The translations under genes were made by a program, and so were the position numbers. 64,000 nucleotides of DNA from a virus. Where the stretch lies: IMG/VR virus record IMGVR_UViG_3300045988_115953. One strand, given 5' to 3'. Each line of letters starts with the position of its first letter. Position 1 is the stretch's first letter. A model generated the notes under the pieces. It did no database searches. It was not told the DNA's origin and saw only the letters and a program-made list of their open reading frames with translations. This document shows positions 49,344-58,191 of this stretch, piece after piece.

Positions 49344-49907
49344 TTACTTGCTTTCTTCTAATTCAGCCTCAAGTTGTTTCGCCTCCGCCATAGCAGCAGC
49401 AGCGGCGGCACGTGCGGCGGCTAATCTTTCAGCCTTAGAACGGCGTGCGGTTGTTTTGGCGTCCGCTTGTTCCTTTGCTTTCTGATAGTCTTCTATCATG
49501 CCACACATAACGCTTGCCAATTTTGCGATTGATGTTATATCCACGCTTTCAGACTCTAAAGAGCCTAATCTGCCGTTAGTGTGTGTCCAGTCCACAAAAT
49601 TAGTGGACATTCCACGCATATGCGCTACATTTTGGGCGGCAAACGACAACGCAGTGTTGGCGAACGCTGCGAACTCGTTATCTTGCCATAATGCGTAATT
49701 AACGGCATTGTCAAAAGCGGCTTTTGCCTTCTGATATGCCACATATAACAAATGAAGTGAATCATACGATGAAATTCTTTTGTCGTCGTCCTTTGCTGAT
49801 TCTGCAATTACCTGTGTGCGTAACTCGTTACATACGGCAACGTTGGACGTTACCACATTGCTCTCATTCAGGATGCTCTGAATTTCTTTTACTGAATACT
49901 TAACCAT
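49344..49907 (-). CDS. hypothetical helical protein with Ala-rich coiled-coil tail
   Basis: 187-aa ORF with its own terminator. Confidence 0.55.
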   Translation of the reverse strand: MVKYSVKEIQSILNESNVVTSNVAVCNELRTQVIAESAKDDDKRISSYDSLHLLYVAYQKAKAAFDNAVNYALWQDNEFAAFANTALSFAAQNVAHMRGMSTNFVDWTHTNGRLGSLESESVDITSIAKLASVMCGMIEDYQKAKEQADAKTTARRSKAERLAAARAAAAAAMAEAKQLEAELEESK

Positions 49908-51138
49908 GTTGTTGTATTGTTATGTTATACCGCATTGTTTCCTGTGTGTGCGGTGCGGTATGTGCCGTATACACACAGGGACGTAAGCCACGGCACACAT
50001 AGTGTGTGCCTAACCTTTGACTGCTGTCACCCTATAAAAAGCAAATATCATACCTATAAATATTGAATTAACATTTTTAACAATTAGCCAACTCGCTGAT
50101 ATATAGTAAGTTAGCAAAAAATTGATATGAATAAATATTCATCAAGTGTATAAAGACTGACAAAGTGACAAAATTAACTTAAAATACCTTAATTGTCAGT
50201 GACAAAGTGGCAGTTGTTAGAAAAGTTTAACTTTCGTGGAACATTACAATATGAATAAATATTCAGTCAGAGAAAATAATATAATGATGTAATGTGTTGT
50301 AAACCAACGAGTTACAAAAAATAATAATATGATGGAGCGTGAAACATTGAAATTGTTACAAATTGGCGTTTTAACAAATATTATACCATATAATATGGAC
50401 AAAATGACCCCCACCCCCCCCGACGGCGGACGCTTGGCGCTTTGTAGTCACTTCACCTGAAAATTTTTTCTTTTTTTCTAACTTACTGACAATTAACACC
50501 TTATATTTGTCTTTCTGGTCTTTTAGTAGGGCATAAATAGTGAATATTAATACTTGATGTTAATTCATTGTGAATGACTGTGAACGACTGTTAACCTGTA
50601 TATATATACATATTGGGTTTCGGGTTTTTGTTTGGGGTCGTATGGTCGGGTGTCGGGAACATTGTTATGATGCGTTTTGTAATGATGCAGCTTATCTTGC
50701 ATCGTATGGAGGGAATTATGCAGCAAATTATGTTGTTTTATCGGTATAGTGCAGTATTGAAGGATAATTATTACGTATCTTTGTGTGTGCGTGTATGTAG
50801 GGTATAGGGATTTAAGCAGAATAGCTGCACCTACCCGACATATAGGGAGAAAAAGCTGCATCGGATGCTGCATAAGTCTTGTTGGGAACTGCATAGCTTG
50901 GAACGGCTTTGCGTGAACAATGTAAAAAGGCTTGCCAGTAGGTCTTATGACGTATGGTGATAGGTCTTATTGCGGGGACAAAGTTAGCGATTTGTCTTTT
51001 GCTGTGCAATAGTCTTGCTGGATAGTCTGGTGTGGTTTGAATGTTAAAGTTTTTAACTTTTGCATTTTGTGGCATGGCTGCTATGCGGTTGTGAAGAGAT
51101 GGAGGAGATATGGGTACCGTTCAAAGAAAGGAGTAACA
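49908..51138. promoter_or_regulatory. 1.2-kb AT-rich divergent control region (candidate early promoters/operators and/or origin)
   Basis: No credible ORF. Palindrome TGAATAAATATTCA at 50128-50141 and 50252-50265 (17-nt identical context), TGACAAAGTG at 50158-50167 and 50200-50209, a C5AC8 tract at 50408-50421, GACTGT x2, TCGGG x3 and a (G)CTGCAT-rich stretch at 50690-50900. Confidence 0.45.
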
Positions 51139-51489
51139 ATGATTGAGAAAGAAGATATTAAGATAGGTTTAGAGTTCATTCTTCCGATCAGATTGAGAGA
51201 ATACGAAGAAGAGGTGGCAAGATTTCGTCATCGTCAAATAATGGGCGAAGACTGTCCTGTATTACCGAGGTACAGGACAGATTTAGAGACTCTTGAAGGA
51301 TTTAAAATCATTGCAACCTTAGGTCGTCCTTTTTTTAAGGTTGTAGATAGTCCGAGAGAGTATTTTAAGACCTCCTCTAAACCTCATCATTTAGGATCCT
51401 TTGTAAGAGTAACTTGTGACGAGATTGAAAATAAGGTATTTTACCTTTCAACTAAAGATATTGAGGGGCGTGGTGAGACATTAATATAG
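51139..51489 (+). CDS. hypothetical protein, paralogue family B
   Basis: Start refined to ATG 51139 (MIEKEDIKIGLEF), preceded by AAAGGAGTAACA. Confidence 0.5.
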   Translation: MIEKEDIKIGLEFILPIRLREYEEEVARFRHRQIMGEDCPVLPRYRTDLETLEGFKIIATLGRPFFKVVDSPREYFKTSSKPHHLGSFVRVTCDEIENKVFYLSTKDIEGRGETLI

Positions 51490-51521
51490 AAAAAGGTTGA
51501 ATCAAAGAAAGGAGAGTAACA

Positions 51522-51689
51522 ATGATTAACAGAGAGGACATTAAGAAGGGCTTGAAGTTTAGGATGCCCAACGATATAATCAGGAGGAAGTATCAAGTAG
51601 CGAGCTTTCGAGGTGCTACGGATATGTGTGAGTCTATCCAGTATCTGACAACGCTGAAAACTCCGCACGGAGACAAAAAAACTATGTGA
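51522..51689 (+). CDS. 55-aa N-terminal fragment of a family-B paralogue (reading frame breaks at an A7 run)
   Basis: MINREDIKKGLKFRMPNDIIRRKYQVASFR... parallels 51139-51489. Ends ...GACAAAAAAACTATGTGA. Homology to the paralogue continues in the -1 frame (ORF 51686-52315). Confidence 0.4.
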   Translation: MINREDIKKGLKFRMPNDIIRRKYQVASFRGATDMCESIQYLTTLKTPHGDKKTM

Positions 51690-52315
51690 CACCCAAAGTG
51701 CCGCTTTTCGAGGTGTGCGGCGGTCCGAAACTGATAAGCTCCGCCGATAAGAAAGACCCGCATTGCGCATGGTTCGGCGAGTACATCAAGGTGCGCAGCG
51801 ATGCGCTCGGGAAGAAACCGCTCTACATATCCCTGTACGACGTGATGCAACACGGAAGACGTGCCATCGACGCTGATTTCTACCCTATTTTCAGTACGGA
51901 GAACCCGAAGAACAACTGGGCGTACAACACCTTTTTTGCCGGCAGTCGTAGCGGCTGTAAAAGATTCCGTATGGAGTATTACGGATTTACCTCTGACCCA
52001 GTTGGCGTTCTTGCAAAGCCTTCCGCGTTTACTAAGCAGCCAACTGGAGATGCCGATGCCTTCCGAGACATTACCAACGGCATGTACGACACCTTCAAGG
52101 CTAAAAGTTCCGATTACGGCAATAGTTTCTCGGAATTGTTTGCGGAGTGCGGCATGACATACGCCTACGGACACATGGCAGAGAAGTTGAAGCGCGTGAA
52201 GTCACTGATGTCTGACGAGGCGAAGGTGAAGGGCGAGAGTATGAGAGACTCATTGCTTGACCTCGCCAACTACGCGGTTCTTACAATCATGGAACTTGAC
52301 AAAACAAAGAAATAA
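51686..52315 (+). CDS. family-B C-terminal part fused to a DUF1599/MazG-like all-alpha domain (tentative)
   Basis: GTG 51686 overlaps the upstream stop. The N-terminal KVPLFEVCGGPKLIS...YISLYDV aligns with GRPFFKVVDSPREYF...YLSTKDI of 51139-51489. The C-terminal SSDYGNSFSE...HMAEKLKRVKSLM...DSLLDLANYAVL fits the DUF1599 pattern. Confidence 0.5.
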   Translation: MTPKVPLFEVCGGPKLISSADKKDPHCAWFGEYIKVRSDALGKKPLYISLYDVMQHGRRAIDADFYPIFSTENPKNNWAYNTFFAGSRSGCKRFRMEYYGFTSDPVGVLAKPSAFTKQPTGDADAFRDITNGMYDTFKAKSSDYGNSFSELFAECGMTYAYGHMAEKLKRVKSLMSDEAKVKGESMRDSLLDLANYAVLTIMELDKTKK

Positions 52316-52337
52316 TTGCAACTTTAAATCTAATAAT

Positions 52338-53114
52338 ATGCAAGAGATTGTATTTAGGAGTAGCGACAATCAGGCGCTGACAACGAGTGCGATTGTTGCG
52401 GAGAAGTTTGGCAAGGAGCATAGCGACGTTCTTAAAGCCATAAAAAGTTTATTTACGACAGGGGAAAAATCCCTTTTCGTTGAGAACCAGCAACTTGCGA
52501 AGATGTTTGCCCTTACGGAGGTGGAACAGCCGATGCCTGTTGGTGGCGGTGTGAAGAAGCTGCCTCTCTACGTGATGAACCGGGACGGCTTTACTCTCTT
52601 GGCTATGGGCTTTACTGGGGCGAAGGCTTTGGCTTTCAAGCTGGAGTACATGAATGCCTTTAACGCTATGGAACAGCAGATACGTCAGAGCAGCGGAGTC
52701 CCTCAGTCGTTCGCTCAGGCTCTTATGCTTGCTGCCAAGCAGCAGGAGATGATAGAGGCTCAGCAGAAGCAGCTTGAGGTGCAGCAGCCTAAGGTGGAGT
52801 TCTTTGATGCTGTCGCTGAGAGCAAGACTGCGATTGAGATGAAGCTTATCGCGAACACTCTGCACTTCAAGAATGTCGGCAGGAACAAGCTGTTCTGCAT
52901 CTTGCGTGAGCAGGGCATTCTCAACGGCGGCAACGTGCCTTACCAGAGATACATAGACTGCGGTTATTTCAGGACCATCGAGCAGAAGTATACGGTTCCG
53001 AGCGGCGAGACGAGGATCAACATCAAGACTCTCGTGTATCAGCGTGGCTTGGACTATATCCGCAAGATGCTGAAGCGTCTCGGATATGTGGAGGCTGAAG
53101 GTAGTTTATTTTAA
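52338..53114 (+). CDS. Rha-family regulator with KilAC-type antirepressor C-domain
   Basis: Start refined to ATG 52338 (MQEIVFRSSDNQALTTSAIVAEKFGKEHSDVLKAI, Rha-like). The C-terminal half (AESKTAIEMKLIANTL...GRNKLFCILREQGIL...PYQRYIDCGYF) is KilAC-like. Confidence 0.65.
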   Translation: MQEIVFRSSDNQALTTSAIVAEKFGKEHSDVLKAIKSLFTTGEKSLFVENQQLAKMFALTEVEQPMPVGGGVKKLPLYVMNRDGFTLLAMGFTGAKALAFKLEYMNAFNAMEQQIRQSSGVPQSFAQALMLAAKQQEMIEAQQKQLEVQQPKVEFFDAVAESKTAIEMKLIANTLHFKNVGRNKLFCILREQGILNGGNVPYQRYIDCGYFRTIEQKYTVPSGETRINIKTLVYQRGLDYIRKMLKRLGYVEAEGSLF

Positions 53115-53136
53115 TCATTAATCAATTATAGAGAAT

Positions 53137-53688
53137 ATGAATACTAAGAACATTATCCTTGCATCGGCTTTGCTGGTGTTTGCCATCATCATCGGTACGT
53201 TGGTGGCGGGTTATTTCAGTTACAACAACCGCGAGATTTCGCTTCGTCAGCAGGCTGAGGCTCAGCGCGGCAAGATTGAGGGCGTGCATGACAAGATGTG
53301 GAAGATCATCCAGCAGAAGGCTCAGGTGACTGACGAGTACAAGGGGACTTTCGAGAAGATTTATCCGCAGCTCATCGCCGGTCGTTACCAGAACGACAAG
53401 GGTACGATGATGAAATGGATAAAGGAGAGCAACCCTAACTTCGACGTGTCGCTATATCGTGACCTCATGCAGTCGATAGAGATACAGCGCTCGGAGTTTC
53501 AGACCGCCCAGGAGCGTATGCTTGACATCATCCGTGAACATGAGACGCTCACCCGTACTTATCCTGCGCGTTGGTTCGTGTCTAACACGATGCCTATAGA
53601 GTATAAGGTGATTTCGTCGTCGCGCTCGAAGGAGGTGATGATTGAGGGCGAGGACAACGACGTGGATTTGTTCGGCAATAAGAAGTAG
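53137..53688 (+). CDS. LemA-like membrane-anchored protein (tentative)
   Basis: 183 aa with an N-terminal TM helix followed by a helical domain. The resemblance to LemA is loose. Confidence 0.4.
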   Translation: MNTKNIILASALLVFAIIIGTLVAGYFSYNNREISLRQQAEAQRGKIEGVHDKMWKIIQQKAQVTDEYKGTFEKIYPQLIAGRYQNDKGTMMKWIKESNPNFDVSLYRDLMQSIEIQRSEFQTAQERMLDIIREHETLTRTYPARWFVSNTMPIEYKVISSSRSKEVMIEGEDNDVDLFGNKK

Positions 53689-53692
53689 GCTT

Positions 53693-54790
53693 ATGGAGGT
53701 CCTTGTCTTTCTTCTTCCTTTCTTCGTGTCGGCTTTCCTGCTGATATTCTTCCGTGAGCAGACGACGTGGTGGGAGCACGCTGTGCTTATCGTCCCTTCG
53801 CTGCTTGTGGGCGTAGGTCTGCTGTGGACATTCAAGCGTGCCGAGTCGAGTGATACGGAGTATCTTGGCAGCTATGTCACGAAGATACGCTATTATGAGC
53901 CGTGGAACGAGCTTGTCGCACACACCCGTACCTATACAGACTCAAAGGGCAACACTCATACCAAGACCTACTACGTGACAGAGGAGCATTCTGAGAAATG
54001 GGCTTATTCCGACCATTCCGGACGTGAGCGTGACTGCTCAAATGACGTCTTCTCTGCTATGAAAGAGCGTTTGGCTGCTTCTCCTGTCTTCGTGGACATG
54101 CACCGTGACTATGACACCCGCGACGGCGACGCTTACGATTATCCGTGGGACGGTCGTGACGTTACTCTATATCCTGTGACCCGCGAGCACGAATACGAGA
54201 ACAAGGTGAAGGCTTCGCGCTCGGTGTTCAAGTTTGAGGATATCAGCAAGGAGGATGCTCGTCGTATCGGGCTGTATGACTACCCTGAGATATGGCTGCG
54301 CGACCAATGCCCTATACTCGGGGCCAAGTTTTCCGCCCGTCAGGAGCGTGCCGTCCGTGTGCTCAATGCGCGATACGGACCTCAGAAACAGTTTCGTCTG
54401 TATCTGCTGTTCTTCCGTGACAAGCCGATATCCATTGTGGAGAAGCAGCGCTCGTACTGGCAGGGTGGCAACAAGAACGAGCTTGTGGTGTGCGTGGGGC
54501 TTGACAGGAACAACCGCGTGACATGGAGTGACGCTTTCTCCTGGTGTGACTCGCCGGTGCTTGCCGTGAAGAGCCGTGACTGGTTTATGAGCAATCGTCT
54601 TGACCTCTGCGCCTTTGTCTCCTATATAGAGCCTATCGTGCAGAAGGAATGGAAGCGCAAGGACTTCTCTGACTTCAAGTATGTGTCGGTGGAGTTGAGC
54701 GACGGGCAGTACTGGACCATCGTCTTCCTCATGCTCCTGCTGAATGTGGGACTGAGCGTGTGGATTGTAGGTAACAACTATAGGAATTAG
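53693..54790 (+). CDS. membrane protein
   Basis: Start refined to ATG 53693 (MEVLVFLLPFF). Two N-terminal TM helices and one C-terminal TM helix around a ~270-aa soluble domain. Confidence 0.5.
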   Translation: MEVLVFLLPFFVSAFLLIFFREQTTWWEHAVLIVPSLLVGVGLLWTFKRAESSDTEYLGSYVTKIRYYEPWNELVAHTRTYTDSKGNTHTKTYYVTEEHSEKWAYSDHSGRERDCSNDVFSAMKERLAASPVFVDMHRDYDTRDGDAYDYPWDGRDVTLYPVTREHEYENKVKASRSVFKFEDISKEDARRIGLYDYPEIWLRDQCPILGAKFSARQERAVRVLNARYGPQKQFRLYLLFFRDKPISIVEKQRSYWQGGNKNELVVCVGLDRNNRVTWSDAFSWCDSPVLAVKSRDWFMSNRLDLCAFVSYIEPIVQKEWKRKDFSDFKYVSVELSDGQYWTIVFLMLLLNVGLSVWIVGNNYRN

Positions 54791-54794
54791 CGTT

Positions 54795-55022
54795 ATGAGT
54801 AAAGGGAAGTATCGTAACAAGGCGCCGTTTTCCACATTCCGTCCTGATCCTCGCCATTGGACTCGCAAGGGCAGTTCTTGGAAGCAGAAGGTAGGGTATG
54901 ATACGGAGGATGATGCTTGGGAGTTTCTGAATCAGAATCCGAAGCTGAAGGCACTTGGCTGGCATCCTTACTTGTGCAGGGTTTGCTCTATGTATCATAT
55001 AGGTAGATTACATAATAAATAG
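54795..55022 (+). CDS. small hypothetical protein
   Basis: 75-aa ORF. Confidence 0.45.
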   Translation: MSKGKYRNKAPFSTFRPDPRHWTRKGSSWKQKVGYDTEDDAWEFLNQNPKLKALGWHPYLCRVCSMYHIGRLHNK

Positions 55023-55029
55023 TTGAGAT

Positions 55030-55440
55030 ATGAAGAATTATAGATTTATCGTAAGCCTGAGCGCTTTTGAAGTGTCAGGTAGTATTGAGAAAGAAAAAGA
55101 AGTGAAAGATATACAGCTACGACTGCTTTCGGACAAGGCAGGTATGACTGGATTGTGCAAGGCTGGAGTTATGCGGTATTGTTGTAACGACTACCATCGC
55201 CATCATGATGAGTATCAGGATTTCTTCTTTCAGGCAGAGAATGCCATCGAAGCATTAGAAGTGGGTCTTGACCACTATAAGAAACAGGATTTGGAGAAAA
55301 TGAATAGTATGAGTGTAGATCTTATGTTTGTGGATGATTCTGTGTCCTACGAGCATGCGAAGCAAATGAGCGAAAGTGTGGCTAAGGCTTGTATAGACGA
55401 ATATTACCAGAACGAGTTTAAACGTCAAGGTTTGCAGTAG
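55030..55440 (+). CDS. hypothetical protein
   Basis: 136-aa ORF. Confidence 0.5.
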   Translation: MKNYRFIVSLSAFEVSGSIEKEKEVKDIQLRLLSDKAGMTGLCKAGVMRYCCNDYHRHHDEYQDFFFQAENAIEALEVGLDHYKKQDLEKMNSMSVDLMFVDDSVSYEHAKQMSESVAKACIDEYYQNEFKRQGLQ

Positions 55441-55444
55441 TTGT

Positions 55445-55849
55445 ATGAAGAAGAAAGGATATTACGAATACGACCCTGTTATCTATCCGAGAATGATATG
55501 TGTCTCTATTGGTATGAACCAAGAGGATGCCAACAAGTGTTTTGAAGGTAGAAATGGCGAGGTTTTGAAAGTTGATTTCTCCAATTCTGACGCAATAACC
55601 TACGATGAAGTTAGGGAAAAGGCGAATAAGAAGCTTTGTTCATTTATTAATTTTGCAAGCAAGGATTCTATGAGGATGGGGATTTGTTGTCACGAGGCTT
55701 CTCATGCCTGCGATGCCATCGAGGATGCTATTGGTATGGAGCACGGCGGCGAACCTTCTGCCTATCTGATTGGTTGGATTGCGTCTTGCATCAACAAGGC
55801 TCGTTTGGGTATTGGTAATTTCGTTGAACTAAAAGATAAGGAGGAATAG
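55445..55849 (+). CDS. small HExxH-motif protein (putative Zn-metallopeptidase-like)
   Basis: 134 aa. CCHEASHACDAIED contains HEASH. Confidence 0.4.
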   Translation: MKKKGYYEYDPVIYPRMICVSIGMNQEDANKCFEGRNGEVLKVDFSNSDAITYDEVREKANKKLCSFINFASKDSMRMGICCHEASHACDAIEDAIGMEHGGEPSAYLIGWIASCINKARLGIGNFVELKDKEE

Positions 55850-55852
55850 CTT

Positions 55853-56251
55853 ATGATAGAGAAGTCAAAGATAAAAAAAGGATTGATATTTTGGAAAAAC
55901 TGCGAGTCTGTTATACGAATTCCCAATAGTAATATCTATATAAAATCTCCCGCGGGTTTGATGCAAATAGAAGAATTTGTAAACAACGACCTTGTTACAT
56001 GTTCTTTTTATTGCAAAGAGTTGTTTGGCGCTCAAGTTGTTGTTGCTTCTGATTACATTAAGAAATACGCAACAGAAATTGTGCTTGATAATGCTGACAG
56101 ACAGGAGATGATAGATTTGCATAACTCTATCGCTTTTGAAAAGCTTATTAATCATGATTGGTCTGCAAAAGTTCCTGACAGTCTAAAAAGGCGTGTAAGC
56201 AACTTTCTTTGCCGTGATTTCTATCAAAAATACAACTTAAAGGAGGAATAG
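55853..56251 (+). CDS. hypothetical protein
   Basis: 132-aa ORF preceded by AAGGAGGAATAGCTTATG, the same 18-mer as the next gene. Confidence 0.5.
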   Translation: MIEKSKIKKGLIFWKNCESVIRIPNSNIYIKSPAGLMQIEEFVNNDLVTCSFYCKELFGAQVVVASDYIKKYATEIVLDNADRQEMIDLHNSIAFEKLINHDWSAKVPDSLKRRVSNFLCRDFYQKYNLKEE

Positions 56252-56254
56252 CTT

Positions 56255-56665
56255 ATGTATTTAGGATTTAGTAACATTTGTGACATTGATGTGCTAAAAG
56301 GGAAAACACTCGTTAATGTCGAGAGATGCTTCTATGACTCAAACGATGCTTTGCTTTTCAAAACCGCTGATGGAGAAATTTACATTATGACGCACGACCA
56401 AGAGTGTTGCGAGAATGTATCTATAGATGATATTTGCGGCGATTTTGCTGATTTACTGAATGAGGAAATGCTGACAGCGGAAGAGTTAAATGACGACTAT
56501 CCTGTAGATGAAGAATGTATTGAAGCTACTTATACTTGGACATTTTATCATTTAGCAACGTTCCATGGAGATGTCACTATTCGATGGTTTGGAACAAGTA
56601 ACGGCTATTACTCCGAGAGTGCGGGATTGTACAAAATTAGTGAGGAAGATTATAATGATTTGTAG
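56255..56665 (+). CDS. hypothetical acidic protein
   Basis: 136-aa ORF preceded by AAGGAGGAATAGCTTATG. Confidence 0.5.
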   Translation: MYLGFSNICDIDVLKGKTLVNVERCFYDSNDALLFKTADGEIYIMTHDQECCENVSIDDICGDFADLLNEEMLTAEELNDDYPVDEECIEATYTWTFYHLATFHGDVTIRWFGTSNGYYSESAGLYKISEEDYNDL

Positions 56666-56719
56666 CAAGTGGCACGTAGGGAGGGCGCATAAGAAACAAC
56701 AAACATAAAGAACAGAGAT

Positions 56720-56977
56720 ATGGCAAGAAAGAAGGATTATAGCAAGGAGCGTATGGCTCTTTATGACAAGTTCGTGGAGGTGTTTAACGAGACGGACGGG
56801 GCGATGCCTGGCGACGAGATATTGTCGGCTATTGCGGACTTCGCGGGTGTTACTGTGGCGTATGTGTCACGGGCGGTGGGGCTTGACCAGGAGAAGGTGC
56901 TGTTCGCTTTCTTTGACCTGTTGGTAGGGGCAGCACAGAAGGCGAAAGAGGAATGCGGAGAGGAGAAGGGAAGCTGA
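56720..56977 (+). CDS. hypothetical protein
   Basis: 85-aa ORF. Confidence 0.5.
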   Translation: MARKKDYSKERMALYDKFVEVFNETDGAMPGDEILSAIADFAGVTVAYVSRAVGLDQEKVLFAFFDLLVGAAQKAKEECGEEKGS

Positions 56978-57123
56978 TGAAGTGCAGGGACTGTGTTATG
57001 TTTCGGGAGGAGGACGCTGACAGTCCTCCTGCCTGTTGGAGAGGCGAGAAGGAGGAGTTTGCGAGAGGTGATGATGAGGCTTGCGACCGCTACCGACCGC
57101 TGAAATTCGCTTACAAAAGCTGA
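56977..57123 (+). CDS. 48-aa Cys-containing peptide
   Basis: Hand-translated: MKCRDCVMFREEDADSPPACWRGEKEEFARGDDEACDRYRPLKFAYKS. ATGA overlap with the upstream stop. Confidence 0.35.
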   Translation: MKCRDCVMFREEDADSPPACWRGEKEEFARGDDEACDRYRPLKFAYKS

Positions 57124-57150
57124 AAATCGCTTACAAAAGCTTACAAAAAA
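57101..57150 (+). repeat. 20-bp tandem repeat TGAAA(T/A)TCGCTTACAAAAGC x2 + partial
   Basis: Units at 57101-57120 and 57121-57140, with a partial TTACAAAAAA at 57141-57150. Upstream of the resolvase gene. Confidence 0.6.
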
Positions 57151-57184
57151 AGGAATAAGATAACTATAAAAATAAATATTACGT

Positions 57185-57640
57185 ATGGAGAAGAGATATA
57201 TAGGGATTGACCCTGGGGTGCATGGGGGCATTGCAGTGCTTTCGGCTGACGGATCGGTTGTAGAGGTGGTGAAGATGCCGGGGACTGCTCGTGACTTGCT
57301 GGACTTTCTTCGTCGTTATAAGGACGATAGTGCCTGCGTGTTGGAGAGGGTCGGCGGTATGCCGGGTAACGGCGCTCATGCGATGTTTAACTTCGGTAAG
57401 GGTTTCGGCCATCTTCAGATGGCGCTTCTGGCGTTGGAGATTCCTACTGAGGACGTTACCCCTAACAAGTGGGAGAAGGCGTTCCAGATGGGCAGCTCGG
57501 GGAAGTTCACGAAGAGAGAATGGAAGAATCTGCTGAAGGCTAAGGCTCAGCAGCTGTTTCCGAAGCTCGGCAGAAAGGTGACGCTTGACACGTGCGATGC
57601 GCTGCTGATAGCGGAGTATGGCAGGAGGTTAGGGCTGTGA
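57185..57640 (+). CDS. RuvC-like Holliday-junction resolvase
   Basis: YIGIDPGVHGGIAVL N-terminal catalytic motif, and a C-terminal DTCDALLIAEYG acidic motif. 151 aa. Confidence 0.7.
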   Translation: MEKRYIGIDPGVHGGIAVLSADGSVVEVVKMPGTARDLLDFLRRYKDDSACVLERVGGMPGNGAHAMFNFGKGFGHLQMALLALEIPTEDVTPNKWEKAFQMGSSGKFTKREWKNLLKAKAQQLFPKLGRKVTLDTCDALLIAEYGRRLGL

Positions 57641-57693
57641 GGGCTGCTTGGTGATGATTAATTATTGTTAAATGTTATAAAAGGATTATTGTT

Positions 57694-58191
57694 ATGATAG
57701 ATTTTGGTAAGAAGGTTTATTCGGGTAATTTCCTGATTATGAAGAAGGTTAAGACTTTGAGTAAGAAGGAGATGGCTCGGCTCCGTGAAATGAACGGGAC
57801 GAATAAGGAGCTGTGTAAGAAGTTGAGCCGTTCGGGGCTTCCCTATATCCGCGTGGAGACTATCGGCGGCGACTGGGCTGTGGAGTTTATGCTTGGCACT
57901 ACTGCCTATGACGCCATCGAGGCGCTTGACGTGAAGAAGGACTGGCGTGGAGACTGGAGAGTGACCGGCGTTGACGGCGAGAACTCGAAGTTAGTGTTTA
58001 CGAGCATGTATATGGACACTTCTGTGGTGGGTGACGAGCAGTATCAGGCAGACAAGTGCAAGGCTCTGACGGAGTATCTGAAGCGTGCCGGAGAGAAAGC
58101 CGTGGACAAGATGGAGGAAACTTACGGGCCTTTGGACGTACTTGGCAACAATGACGAGCCGGGAAAGGAGGTCAGCGATGGCAAAGAGTAG
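57694..58191 (+). CDS. hypothetical protein
   Basis: 165-aa ORF. The next gene's ATG (58178) lies 14 nt upstream of the end of this ORF. Confidence 0.5.
   Translation: MIDFGKKVYSGNFLIMKKVKTLSKKEMARLREMNGTNKELCKKLSRSGLPYIRVETIGGDWAVEFMLGTTAYDAIEALDVKKDWRGDWRVTGVDGENSKLVFTSMYMDTSVVGDEQYQADKCKALTEYLKRAGEKAVDKMEETYGPLDVLGNNDEPGKEVSDGKE

Noticed and set aside
50408-50421. C5AC8 tract as a G-quadruplex / i-motif element
   Set aside because: Only two G-runs are available on the complementary strand, which is not enough for an intramolecular G3 quadruplex. It is noted only as a compositional oddity.
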